Assembly: GCF_006345805.1 (NCBI RefSeq)
Contig: NW_021830458.1
Coordinates: 1 to 64,000 of the forward strand
DNA length: 64,000 nt
Direction of reading: 5' to 3'
Origin: Octopus sinensis
Lineage: Eukaryota
Positions within the stretch are counted from its first letter, which is position 1. Every line of letters starts with the position of its first letter. Under the pieces are notes generated by a model. That model saw nothing but the letters and a program-made list of their open reading frames with translations. It was not told the origin of the DNA and ran no database searches. Made by a program: the position numbers and the translations under genes. This document shows, piece after piece, positions 14,900 through 27,495 of the stretch.

Positions 14900-15355
14900 A
14901 GCTTCAGTGATGAAGTCAGAATAATACCGAAACATTCCCAGAGTTGTCTGTCATACTTGAATTACTCATCCACTAATGTAGTTTTGCTCTTCACCGCATA
15001 TTCATTTTTCCCAAAGTGTAATGATTGTATTGCTTTCTTTCATAGGCCCAAGGTCTTCCATTGGGTATATTTAGTTAGTGATTCCTTTGTAAATACTTCG
15101 GCTGGGAAGCTGAAAGCTGTCCTTCACTGATGAAGTCAATTATATCGAAACACGGCGAGTTGTTTTTCATAATTTCTGTGTAAAATAATGATAATTCATT
15201 CATTAATTTAATTTCTTCTTTCATCGTAAATTTGACGCTGTGAAGGAAGGAACATAGCAATCCAGTACCTGACATGGTGTTTAATAAGTACTTCGACCGG
15301 AAAGACGAAAGCTGACTTTCACTGATGATGCCAGAGTAATATCGAAACATGTCGA
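14900..15355 (+). mobile_element. Penelope-like terminal-repeat relic with three degenerate CTGATGA..CGAAAC cores
   Basis: TTCA(C/G)TGATGA...CGAAACA at about 14903, 15123 and 15318; the last two lie in a ~70-bp direct repeat with a 195-bp period. Confidence 0.45.
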
Positions 15356-15408
15356 CCTGTTTTCATATCTACTAAAACAAGAAAAAAAAAATTAAATGAG
15401 AAAATGTT

Positions 15409-15575
15409 AGGCGTAGGAGGGCTGTGTGGCAGGTGGCTTGCTTACGAACTACATGGTTCCGGGTTCACTCCCACTGCGTGGCACCTTGGGCAAGTGTCTT
15501 CTACTATAGCCTTAGGCCAACCAAAGCCTTGTGAGTGGCTTTGGTAGACGGAAACTGAAAGAAGCCCATCGTATG

Positions 15576-15643
<68 letters not shown>

Positions 15644-15845
15644 GTGTGTGTGTGTGTGTGTTTGTGTGTCTGTGTTTGTCCCCCCAGCATCGCTTGACAA
15701 GGGATGCTGCTGTATTTACGTCTCCGTAACTTAGCGGTTCGGCAAAATAGAACGATAGAATAGGTACTAGGCTTACAAAGAATAAATCCTGGGGTCAATG
15801 TGCTCGACTAAAGGCGGTGCTCTGACTGAAACAAGTAAAAGAGTA
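15409..15845 (+). mobile_element. SINE group A
   Basis: Family head, body and tail. Confidence 0.85.
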
Positions 15846-16609
15846 ATTTACTAATACTGTGAAAGAAAAATTATAACACAGTATATGATTGGTGTTTCAT
15901 TTTATCGAGACCAAAATGTGGAAAAGTGAAAGTAACCTAGGTGGGGCTTGAACCCAAAACGGACAGAACCAAAGCAACGCTCTAACAATTGTCTATTGAC
16001 TCACTAATTTCAATACAGCTGTTGAAAATATAATCATATTCTTTTAATAATTTTGGCTTCGTGATGAATTTCTGAACTCTATCGGTGTATGAGAAAATTA
16101 ATGGCACGGAGATAAGGCCCCAAACAATTTGTATATGTAATTTGTGCATGTGTGTGAGTGAAGGAGTGTGTGTGAGTGAGAGTGTGTGTGTGTGTGGTAT
16201 GCACACGCGTGTACACAGATATACGTACATGCGCACATCCTCCATATATAATAAAATATCAAATTATCCCTGATTCATGCTGTCTTGTGCATAACACACA
16301 CATACGTACACACATACATACGTATATAAATACATTATTATGTAGCAAGGTTAAGTGAAAAGAACCACCAGCTAAATTTTAAATCGTAAACACTAAAGGT
16401 CTTTTATTAACGGTTATCAACAGACTTAAACAGGTCAATAGGTTCGTCAATATTCAGTTGGAATTAATTTTGACCATTTTTATGAGTGAAGATTTCCTGG
16501 CCAAGATGTCTTAATATTACACGTTGGTCGCTTCAGCGATCTGCTCCGTGATACAGCCTATTAAAAGTTTTTATAGCAACTTTCCAGAGTAAAATGTGAT
16601 TCTTCTATC

Positions 16610-16856
<247 letters not shown>

Positions 16857-17117
16857 GACTTGTTTAAACGAAAGCAATAATTGAGCAGTATCAAAATCAA
16901 AAGCGTTCCAGTTATAGCCATCACGTCAGCATATCTTTTTCCAATATATATATTTACGACTGTATAAACCAACATATAAATTATTTTTTATATGAGTAAT
17001 GCATGTATGATTTGAGAGATCCGGCTTCTATTTCTAGCAAGTTAAGAAACTACGTAGAAGGTCTCTATTTCTTCTTTCACAGAATATATAAGTGTGTGCT
17101 TGTGCATAGAACGGGTT

Positions 17118-17170
<53 letters not shown>

Positions 17171-17266
17171 TAAATGATAAGGGTAGAAATTGATATTAAT
17201 CAATTAAAAACCAGTGGCTTAGCATATGTAAAAAATCTGAAGATTAAAAATGGAGTTACATACAAG

Positions 17267-17460
17267 ATTAAGAGGAATGACCACTAAAGTGGAGACCTAA
17301 TATGCTAAACATAGACGTCAAATCGTCATTACCATTGCTCATTTTTACATTTTGGCGTTTTGCTGAGATTTTTCTTGAGAACACATTCTTCGTGGTAATA
17401 GCACTTTGACGTCTATATTTAGCATATTAGGTGTCCACTTTAGTGGTCATTCCTCTTAAT
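17267..17460. mobile_element. MITE-like element with 56-bp inverted arms
   Basis: 17267-17322 vs 17405-17460 are reverse complements with 2 mismatches. Confidence 0.7.
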
Positions 17461-17605
17461 TTTGTGTGCGTGGGCAGTCGAACGAAAGAGTCACTCAACA
17501 CTTATTTAATGCATTATTAATTAAAACTGCTTGATTGACCGAATCAAACTGTTGTTTTAAACGATGTAAATGCACACACACACACACACACACACACATA
17601 CGCAA

Positions 17606-17651
<46 letters not shown>

Positions 17652-17704
17652 GAAATATTAAAATTACTAAGTCTCTCTAAAGGAGATTACGGCAGCGTTA
17701 CTGG

Positions 17705-18007
17705 ATATTAATAGTTATCGCCATACTAATATGGCAGTCTAAATATAAGACTAAAGCTGTCGCTGATTAGCTCCAAGAGGCCACCGCCTCTAGCTAGCTA
17801 TATGACACACGAACCTGCGTCCATTACAACCTTCGAACAGGGGAGGTCAGCCGCTTCACCTTGCTAGTCCCCTTTTCGAAGGTTGTAATGGACGCAGGTT
17901 CGTGTGTCATATAGCTAGCTAGAGGCGGTGGCCTCTTGGAGCTAATCAGCGACAGCTTTAGTCTTATATTTAGACTGCCATATTAGTATGGCGATAACTA
18001 TTAATAT
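17705..18007. repeat. Perfect 133-bp inverted repeat (foldback hairpin)
   Basis: 17705-17837 is the exact reverse complement of 17875-18007; 37-bp spacer with further AGGGGA/TCCCCT pairing. Confidence 0.95.
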
Positions 18008-18020
18008 ATATATATATATA

Positions 18021-18520
18021 GGGTGTCCCAAAATTAAGGCAACCGAAGTTTCAGGCTTTAATAAATCTCAATAAATGTGATAAGATATGAAAATTATTCA
18101 TCATTATAAAAGCTTAGTATGTCTTTTTGTTTCAGACTAGATAATTTCAGATTTATTAATTAGATAATGGCTATAGACCAAAATACAATCAACAAAGGAG
18201 GCGAAAGTAATACAGCTATAGCAGAAAGGCTTAAAATTAACCGAACAACAATCTTGAAAATTGTCAAGAAATTTCAAGAGACTGGTTCCTCCGCTCATCG
18301 ACCTGGACGCGGTCGAAAAAGAATTACGTGGACCCCTCAGCTTGTCAAAAGTACCAGAGAAAAGATACGGTGAAATCCTGGTCGTTCGTCAGAAAAACTG
18401 GCTGCCGCAACAAAAATTAGTCGAACGTCGTTGTATCGAGCGCTGAAGGAGGATCTCAGAACCCACCCCTAGAAGATGATCCGTCGTCATGAGTTCACGC
18501 AAGTTTATATGGCCAAAGGC
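18021..18520 (+). mobile_element. 5' remnant of a Tc1/maT-like transposon (HTH region pseudogene)
   Basis: TA-flanked start GGGTGTCCCAAAA; ORF 18167-18373 (AIAERLKINRTTILKIVKKFQETGSSAHRPGRGRK) continues past in-frame stops as *NPGRSSEKLAAATKISRTSLYRALKEDL. Confidence 0.8.
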
Positions 18521-18761
18521 GACTCTGACAGGAGTTTCTCGCTTAAAAGCGGTTTTCAAACGGATGTTGAAAACCGCTTTTAAGCAAGAAAATCCTATCA
18601 GTCACCTTTTGTAAACTTATAAACTTATAAACTTGTAAACTTATAAACATCTAATTATTAAAGTGGAAAAATTGTCAGAAAAGCCGTTTCTATTCATTTT
18701 TTAAGTATATTATACTGTACCAAGGATTTTCTACTTTTTATTATACTAATAGGACGTTTTA

Positions 18762-18840
<79 letters not shown>

Positions 18841-18852
18841 ATTTTATTTATT

Positions 18853-18879
<27 letters not shown>

Positions 18880-18889
<10 letters not shown>

Positions 18890-19100
18890 TAATCCAAACA
18901 TGAAAACAGAAAGAGAAAACACAACAACGCGAGGACGTGGAACAAGTATAGTGTTATTGGACGCTCAGGAAAGGAAAGAAAGAAGGAGGATTTAACGTTT
19001 CGAGCGGAGCTCTTCGTCAGAAACATAGAAAAAGGAAAGATCCAAGGAAGGGAAGACGGAGGAAAAAATTCGCCAACGATACAAACACGGTCACATATTG
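18880..19100 (-). mobile_element. Penelope-like terminal repeat fragment carrying a hammerhead motif
   Basis: Minus strand reads ..GTTTCTGACGAAGAGCTCCGCTCGAAACGTTAAAT..; this layout is typical of PLE terminal repeats. Confidence 0.6.
18990..19024 (-). ncRNA. Candidate minimal type I hammerhead ribozyme
   Basis: GUUU-CUGACGA-A-GAGC(UCC)GCUC-GAAA-CG-UU-AAAU: core motifs, 4-bp stem II, 4-bp stem I (one G-U), palindromic ACGU stem III. Confidence 0.5.
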
Positions 19101-19159
19101 AATATATATGTATTATATATATATATATATTTATATATAATACAGCTATATTAGCTATA

Positions 19160-19396
19160 TAGGTGTAGGCGTGGCTGTATAGTAAGAAGTTTGCTTCCCA
19201 AACACATGGTTTCGGGTTCAGTGTCACTGCGTGGTATCTTGGGTATCTTCTACTATAGTTTCGGGCTAACTTGTGAGTGGATTTGATAGATGGAAACTGA
19301 AAGAAGCCAGTCTTATGTTTATGTCACTCTTTCTCTCCTCTCTCCACCCTTTCTCTCTCTCTCTATATATATATACACACACATACACACATACAT

Positions 19397-19458
<62 letters not shown>

Positions 19459-19680
19459 TATATACAAGTTTCTTATATATAAGAGTGTGTGTCTGTGTTT
19501 CTCTTCACCTCCCTTGACGACCAATGTTGGTGTGCTTACGTTTTCGTATCTTAGCAGTTCGGCAATAGAGACCGATAGAGTAAGTCCAAGGCTTAAAAAA
19601 AAATCAATACAGGGGCCGATTCGTTCGACTAAAATTCTTGAAGGTGTTACCCCAGCATAACTGCAGTCTAAAGACAAAAT
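19160..19680 (+). mobile_element. Diverged SINE group A
   Basis: Head AGGTGTAGGCGTGGCTGTATAGTAAG and family body. Confidence 0.7.
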
Positions 19681-20364
19681 ATTCATACATAAAATGTGTG
19701 ATTGTGTGTGTGTACTTGAATGCAGTCAGTTGGCAAGATTTCAGGCGTGACCTTTCTCTTATCTGTGTCAATCCCCTTTTACAACGCATGAAATCAAGAT
19801 ATGCTCTGGAACCCACCAAGAAACAGCACTTTTTTGTTCTACACCTACCATTTGCGAGGATTTGTGTGTGAAGTCTAGTTTAATAAAACTATACACCTCA
19901 CCACGAACCATCATCAACAAAAGACAAAAGACCTGAAAATAGCCACACTAAAAGTGGAAGAAATTGCATGTGAATGACATGGTAGCATAAAGTATCTGTA
20001 CGTGAACATGTTCCGAGTGAATTGTTCATGCACTGCACGCAAAACAATTGTTTTTATTAAGGCAAACTATCAGGTTTTATTTGAGACTGGTTCATCATAT
20101 AGTCATTCACGGACCGAGGTTACTACAGGGGTATAAAGTGTCTCAACATTCACTTATTGCTATTGCAGCGCGCTCGTGCCTGCTTTCAGTCCAGTTATAT
20201 CTACTCCTACTATTCCTAGGTACACGTAGACATCTTGCTGGATGATTCTATACATTTGAAAAACCCTGTTGTTATTCTTTTTGTTTTTCTGTCGAGTTTT
20301 AAAGCCTGGTTAGCAGGAATGTCGGTTTAATTAACCATGATCCCATCATGTAACTGGCTGTCCT

Positions 20365-20700
20365 GGACTATATGCTACCAGTTGCGCTAAAAGCGACCTC
20401 TCTCTCTCTCTCTTTCTCTCTCACGCACACACACACACACACACCCCAGATACAGACACATACGAACAGACACACATACAGACACACATACAAACAGACA
20501 AATACGCACACACACACACAAATAACTGGCGTGCCGTCGGTTACGATGAGGAGGGTTCTAGTTGATCCGATCAACGGAACAGCCTGCTCGTGAAATTAAT
20601 ATACAAGTGGCCGAGCACTCCATAGACACGTATACTTTTAACGCAGTTCTCAAGGAGATTCAGCGTGACACACAATGTGACAAGGTCGGCCATTTTAATT
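20365..20700 (-). mobile_element. SINE group C, body/tail only
   Basis: Matches the 860-1040 copy (CCGTCGGTTACGATGAG..ACAGCCTGCTCGTGAAATTAA). Confidence 0.7.
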
Positions 20701-20729
20701 ATAGGTACTATTCTTTTTAGGATCGCAAT

Positions 20730-21150
20730 GTTGGAAAACAACCAAAAGTATTGAAAAGAAATTCGAGGTGTTTCAAAATAAATGTTTAGGAAAAATTTTG
20801 AAGGTCTACTGGCCGAATATGATCCCGATTAGCCAACTACACACTAAGGCTAAAGTGAAACCAATAAGAGAAACTATTGAAGCAAGGAAATGGAAATGGC
20901 TGGGTCGAGTTTGTCGATATAAATCGAACTCAATTGTCAGGATCGCTATGCAATGGGTTCCTCAAGGTAAAAGAAGACACGACCGACCAAAGGAAATACA
21001 GTGGAGAACAATATCAAAAGATCTTAAAAGCAGAAGGTTAATAATGGAATAAGTTGGCAAGGACGCTTTCAGTGTTAAAAGGTGGAATGATCTTATTGTC
21101 GCTTCAGGTTCCATAAGGCACAATGAGAACCGAATGAATGAATATGAATG
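20730..21150 (+). mobile_element. 3' end of an RTE-clade LINE
   Basis: ORF 20768-21052 FQNKCLGKILKVYWPN..RKWKWLGRVCR..AMQWVPQGKRRHDRPK matches the RTE ORF2 C-terminus; TGAA-type tail at about 21135-21150. Confidence 0.8.
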
Positions 21151-21994
21151 GTTCTTTCTTTGCCAACTGAGTGGATTGGAGCAACGTGAAATAACGCACT
21201 GTCGGGAATCGAGCTCATGACCTTTGGATCATGAGACGAATACCCTAACAACGAAGCTGCGTGACTTCACCACATACACAAATAGACACACACGAACAGC
21301 CATATATATACTCATGCACAAGGCGTGCATACCCACACAATCACACACACACAAACACACAGACAGACAAGACAGACAGACAGACAGACACACACACACA
21401 CTCACACACACACACACTTACACACACACACACATACACACACACCACACACAAACACAAACAAACAAACAGAGAAACGCGCACACACGAGCAGCGTTAT
21501 GTACATATGAGCACTATCATACCGCAGATAAAGTCTTCAATGAAAAGCTCCAATGACATTTTTTGCATTAAGCCAAGATTAATAGAGAAATCTTCAATAT
21601 TGATTTTATTAAAATGTTAAAACGAGAGTATCATTTATTTCCTTATTAATAGCATTGCCGATTATCAAACGGTGTGTCTCGAGATTCACGTATGCCACAT
21701 TTCTGTCAATTATGACTGTTAATTCTACTCCCAACGCTCTACTTAATACCGATTAGGCTCCTTTGAGCCCTAAGTGGGGTTTTTAAATGCTGGAATATAA
21801 ACAATACACATTCTAAATGATGGATGTTTATGACAGACCCTTTGCTCTTTTTTATGGAATAATTTTTCTGTATTTACATTTAATTCAATTTGGCTTCTTC
21901 TACTGGAAGAGCGGGAAGAGATGCTAACAGTAAAGGAAGTAGCAGTGAGTAACCCCTTGTTATCGAAAAAAAATGGCGAAATAGTTTTCTAATG

Positions 21995-22635
21995 AATATT
22001 CTATCTTTTTCTTGTTTCTGTCATTGGACTGCTGCCATGCTGGGGCACCACTTTGAAAAGTTTAGTCGAACACATCGTCCCCAGTACGCATTATTTTCAA
22101 AGTCAGGGACTTATTCTATCAGTCTCTTTCGCAGAAACGTTATGATACGGGGATGTATACAAACAAACACCGGATGACAAGCCTCGGTGGTGGAGGACAA
22201 GTATAAAAACAAAGAGAGACACATATATACACACATACATAGATACATGCATACATACATAGTACATACATTACATACATACATACATACATAGTACTTA
22301 CATACATACATACATACATACATACGTGATACATATATAGATACACACAGACATGTATACGTAATATATACATACTTAGATACATACATAATACAAACAT
22401 ACATACATTCACACTTACATAGTTATACATACATGCATACATACATACTTATATACGTAATACATCCATACATACATTTTTTTTACAATGGGCTTTCGTA
22501 TACTTTCGATCCACCAAATTCACCAGAAGGTATTGGACAGCCAGGGCTATAAAAGTAAGTCGCCCAAGGTACCACTCAGTGGGAGTGAACTCGAAACCAC
22601 GTGATGCAAAGCGAGCTTCTTAACTGCACTATCAC
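21995..22635 (-). mobile_element. Diverged SINE group A with expanded internal (TACA)n
   Basis: Family tail at 22.0 kb and head at 22.6 kb. Confidence 0.65.
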
Positions 22636-23129
22636 GACTGGCCCTGAAAATAAGTTTTAAAATAAATACATATGCAGAAACCACCCTCACAAACACAGTT
22701 ACAACTTGACATCCTTAAGCACAAACTTGGAAGACTACGATAACTATGACATCACCACCATCAAAGGACTCATTGAACCCCTAAAATGCTTACCGATGCA
22801 CTTTACGTCTACCGTTATCCAAAATAATGAGTGTTAAGTGAAAAGAGTGGTTTGCTGCTCTGGATTACCTGTAGGAAAACACAAGGATTTTGATTAGAGA
22901 CATCGGTAATAATGTTTATCTCTGGCTTGTTTTGATTTTTGTATGGGCGGGAGGTCAATGATAGAATTGCGAGAGGAGATATGTAGTCAGAAAAGGTCAC
23001 AATAAACTGGAAAATCATCAACAACAGTCAAAAGTAAGCCATAAAAACATACTAGAGCTATCAAGGTGTAGAAACGAAGAGTAGCAAAGAGCAAAAACAT
23101 TGTTGTTAATATGTAGAAGAAAGGATCAT

Positions 23130-23775
23130 AAGAGGACTTTTGGTTTGGAAATTCTGGAGGAAAGGACGAGAAGCAAAGTCGACTTTGGCGTAATTTGAAC
23201 TCAGAAAGCAAAATCGGAAGAAATATTCCTAAGCATTTTGTCCGGCGTGCTAACGTGCTAACGTGCTAACCAGTGCGTAACTGGTACTTAATTTATCGAC
23301 CCTGAAAGGATGGAAGGCAAAGTAGACTTCGGCGGAATTTGAACTCAGAACGTAACGGCAGACGAAATATCTATTTCTTTACTACCCACAAGGGGTTAAA
23401 CACAGAAGGGACAAACAAGGACAGACAAACGGATTAAGCCGATTATATCGAACCCGAAAGGATGAAAAGCAAGTCGACCTCGGCAGAATTTGAACTCAGA
23501 ACGTAACGACAGACGAAATACCGCTAAGCATTTCGCCCGGCGTACTAACGTTTCTGGCAGCTCAGCACCTTAGCGTTTGTGAAAATAATGGGTTCAAATT
23601 TTGACACAAAGCCAGTAGTTTCGAGGATTTCGGGGGATGTGTTGAATCGATTACATAGACTCCAGTCCGCAACTGGTTCTTATATTATCGACCGCGAAAA
23701 GATGAAAGGCAAAGTCGACCACGGCGTAATTTGAGCTTAGAACGGCGCTCTAACGGTTCTGCCACTCACCGCCTT
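23130..23775 (-). mobile_element. Cluster of about 4 nested/tandem group B SINE units
   Basis: Repeated GTCGACCTCGGCGGAATTTGAACTCAGAACG cores. Confidence 0.8.
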
Positions 23776-24224
23776 AATGTTGGTAGAAATAATATTAGAA
23801 TATTGTCACAAGTTAAGCAGGTGTGACCAGAAAATATGAGATGAGTTTTTTTTGTCGCTTCCCACACATGCGGTATTAAGTAGCTCTTTTGCGTACATCA
23901 AATCCCAATATAAATAGAAGCAGGCGGTAGCGAGTAGGTGCACTTTAACATGACCTAACTGTGGGCTTTTGCTCATTCGTGGGTGAACAACTCTAAATAC
24001 TTCTGTAGTTACTTTCGTAACTGATAACTTGTTTTATTTATTATGTTTTTTCTCTGTAATTATTTCTGTCCTTAGTTTTGTTCCTGACCCACTCCAATCG
24101 TTTATAACTTTATGTAAATGTTTTGTTCATCTCCACACGTTTTTCTCACCCTAACTAGTTTTTATGTTTCGCATAATTATATGTATGAATGAAATTGAAT
24201 TTAAGTGCCTTCAAAGGCCCAAAT

Positions 24225-24301
24225 AAATGAAATTCTTCTTCTTCTTCTTCTTCTTCTTCTTCTTCTTCTTCTTCTTCTTCTTCTCATTATTATTATTATT
24301 A

Positions 24302-24358
<57 letters not shown>

Positions 24359-24605
24359 GCAGTATTTCACCCGTCGCTACGTTCTGAGTTCAAATCCCGC
24401 CGAGGTCGACTTTGTTTTCATCCTTTCGTGGTCGATAAATTAAGTACCAGTTGCGCGTACTGGGATCGAGCTAATCGACTGGCCCGTTCCTCCAAAATTT
24501 CGGGCCTTGTGCCTAGAGTAAAGATTCTTCTTCTTCTTCTTCTTCTTCTTCTTCTTCTTCTTCTTCTTCTCTTCTTCTCTTCTTCTTCTTCTTCTTCTTC
24601 TTCAC
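24225..24605. repeat. (CTT)n/(ATT)n tracts flanking a group B SINE (about 24360-24520)
   Basis: Visible trinucleotide runs; SINE core between them. Confidence 0.85.
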
Positions 24606-25496
24606 TGTGGACAAATAAAAACGTGTGTTTCTTATTCGATCAGAAAAGAAAAGAGGGCTATACCAGTGAGAGAAACCTTCCCATGGTCTGGAGTTTCCAC
24701 TTACAAGCAGACTTTCTCAAAAAGAAAGAAAGAAAGAAACAAACAAACAAACAAAAATGCCAACAATTCAAAGCACAAACGAAAAAATATCAAATAGAGA
24801 AAAAATATAAAAAATAATAAAAATACACCTGATACGAAGGTAGCCTTCAACTTTGTTGGCCTTGTACCTAAATAAGAGGCCATTGTTATCTATTTATTTT
24901 GTATTTAATGTAATTAAATCCCGTACTGCTTCTGAAAGCACAACAACTATTTTCCCTAGCCGCAAAATCAAAAGCATTGCCGCACTTTTTATTATCTCTA
25001 GATGGCTGTTTTGGTGATCAGAATAAAAGGCGGCAGACAGAGGACTTCGCTCGGATGAGGAAAATATTAATATTTATCGAAAGCATTAATATTTATAGAA
25101 AATATTAATATTCATATAATCGTCAATGCAGGAGAAGAACAGAAACGCCCACACAGTGGGTTATAGCACTTGCAAATATAGTTGCAACGATAATAGTTAT
25201 AAGAGATTGAAGTAAAAATGTGCAGCAAAGTGTTGCATGAATAAATCGTCGATTAAAATAAGAAATCGCTTGTTTCGCCATTATGAATATCTTAGTTTGA
25301 TGCAAAAACTTTGAAGCCAGGACGTCGGGTTTTAGATGAAATGAAGGGTTGATGATCCCGAAATTGATCATCAAAAATATAACCAAGGAACCTCCATGTT
25401 TGATCTGCTAGAAATAATGAGCTCGCCACTGAGTGCCCTGGGAATAAATCTTGCACAAATCTTACACATGTTCAATCTTCATGAATAGTTCTGTGT

Positions 25497-25800
25497 ATAG
25501 TTGAGGTACATGGCCTAGTGGTTAGAGCTGCGGACTCGTGCTCGAGGGATCGCGGGTTCGAATCTCAGACTGGGCGATGTGTGTGTGTTTACGAGCGAAA
25601 CACCTAAGCTCCATGCGGCTCCGGAAGAAGGTAATGGCGAACTTCTGCTGACTCTTTCGCCACAACTTTCTCTTACTCTTTCCTCCTGCATCTAACAGCT
25701 CACCTATGACCGACCGTCGTCACGTCCAGGTGGGGAACCTATATGCCAAAAAACCGGTAAACCGAGCCTTATGAGCCAAGCAGGGCTCAAGAAGGAACAA
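25497..25800 (+). mobile_element. SINE group C variant
   Basis: Head TGAGGTACATGGCCTAGTGGTTAGAGCTGCGGACTCG..GGGTTCGAATCTC. Confidence 0.7.
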
Positions 25801-26174
25801 ACATCACCGACATAGTTGCCATACCGACTCCAAACTGTACGCTTATTGTCTTTATTACCACACGACAATCTTCTACGAATTTCCTCAACCAGTTTTGCTG
25901 CTCTGATGTTCGTCTATCTGCCACACCACTCATAATCTCTCACTGCCTCTCTGCCATCCTTGAACTTCTTGTGCCAGCGTAGAAGCTAATCCATTAGCAG
26001 TCTGGAACGTTTCATATATTTCTGTAGCGTTTTTTGCATAGTCTAACACAAAATTTTGTTTCATAGTGTGCGACGAGCAGTGTTGAGCAGGGAGTGCTTA
26101 AAATGCTGTTACAACCGTCTCCTTTAATCTGGAATAACAAAAGTTGGCATGTCAGTTTATTAGATACATAATAA

Positions 26175-26722
26175 TCTATAATAATAAAAGAAATATTCTG
26201 TCTGTCCGTCTGGGACCCCTGTATCTCAGCCTACATATGCTCTACATTGACGTATTATACCTTTTTTGGAATAAGAATGATCCTGAGATTGAAAATCTCC
26301 CCTTCATTTAGTTCTTGAACATCCATCATTGGAATCTGATTTAAAAGCATTTGGGTTGCTGTTTCTAGTAGGTAATGTTTGGCTGATTCACACCATCGTG
26401 GTGGCACTTGTCAGATGACGTCAGAGATCAAGGGGGAGATAAATGACATTTGCTTTGTTAACTTTATGTCGAGATAAGAACTTTGAGACAAATTGGTCCA
26501 CAGTTAGAATTCAAATTGGGACTGGAACAAAAGAATGATTGCATTACAGAATTAATTCTCATCTGCCCTTAACCTCTGATCAAACACCACCAGGACTTAT
26601 AGTCTTTATAGGCGTATTATAGTCATGCTATTTAGCTCTCTTTAGTTTTGGGCTACAGGCCCAATTAGCCCTCCGCAGGAACTAACTTTAAAAGTCCGCA
26701 CGGAGTGCAGCTCTTAAACTAG
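26175..26722 (+). mobile_element. Non-autonomous Helitron-like element
   Basis: Begins A|TCTATAATAATAAAAG..CTGTCTGTCC; ends with hairpin GCAC-GGA-GTGC (26698-26708) then CTAG|T; no TSD. Confidence 0.7.
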
Positions 26723-27259
26723 TAATAAACTAAAATTATGATTTCAGTATATTATTATTACATTACACTTTTAACTGCGTCTCCTAAAAAAAGTTTCAAC
26801 ACTTCTGAAATTCTCCTCGTACCTATATCATATACCACACACACACACACACACCACACACACACACACACACACACTCTATACCACTGAGTACTGCATA
26901 AATCTGAAGTGCATGATATCGCAGGATTTGTACAAGAGTTGTCTATATGTGCTTCAAACGAAATGCAGAACTCTCTAATATAAGGGAGGAAACTCCGATC
27001 CCTTTCTTTGTCGTTCATGTCAGTTGTGTAACAAAATCATAACAGGACTGGATGCACCCAAAATTACCATAAGGAGAGAAAGAATAAGGACTAATACATC
27101 TGCTATAGAAGCAGAAAAATGTAATAAGAAATAGCTAAACTACAAGAAGAAGAGCTGCAACAACGACGAGGGGAATAATCGACTATAGCAACCCCAAAAC
27201 TCAACTTGAGTTCAGAAGAATGAAAGGCAGAGCCGACCTCAACGGTATTTCAATGTAGA

Positions 27260-27495
27260 AGGTGGCGAGCTGGCAGAAACGTTAGCACGCCGGGTGAAAT
27301 GTGTAGCCGTATTTCGTTCGTCTGCCGTTACGTTCTGAGTTCAAATTCCGCCGAGGTCGACTTTAACTTTCATCCTTTCGGGGTCGATAAATTAAGTACC
27401 AGTTGTGTACTGGGGTCGATATAATCGACTTAATCCGTTGGTCTGTCCTTGTTTGTCCTCTCTGTGTTTAGCCCCTTGTGGGTAATAAAGAAATA
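27260..27495 (+). mobile_element. Full-length group B SINE with 16-bp TSD, inside an older minus-strand B copy
   Basis: TSD GGTATTTCAATGTAGA at 27244-27259 and 27496-27511. Confidence 0.9.

Noticed and set aside
25123-25386. 87-aa ORF with a hydrophobic C-terminus
   Set aside because: No recognisable family; hydrophobic ORFs of this size are expected by chance in AT-rich DNA
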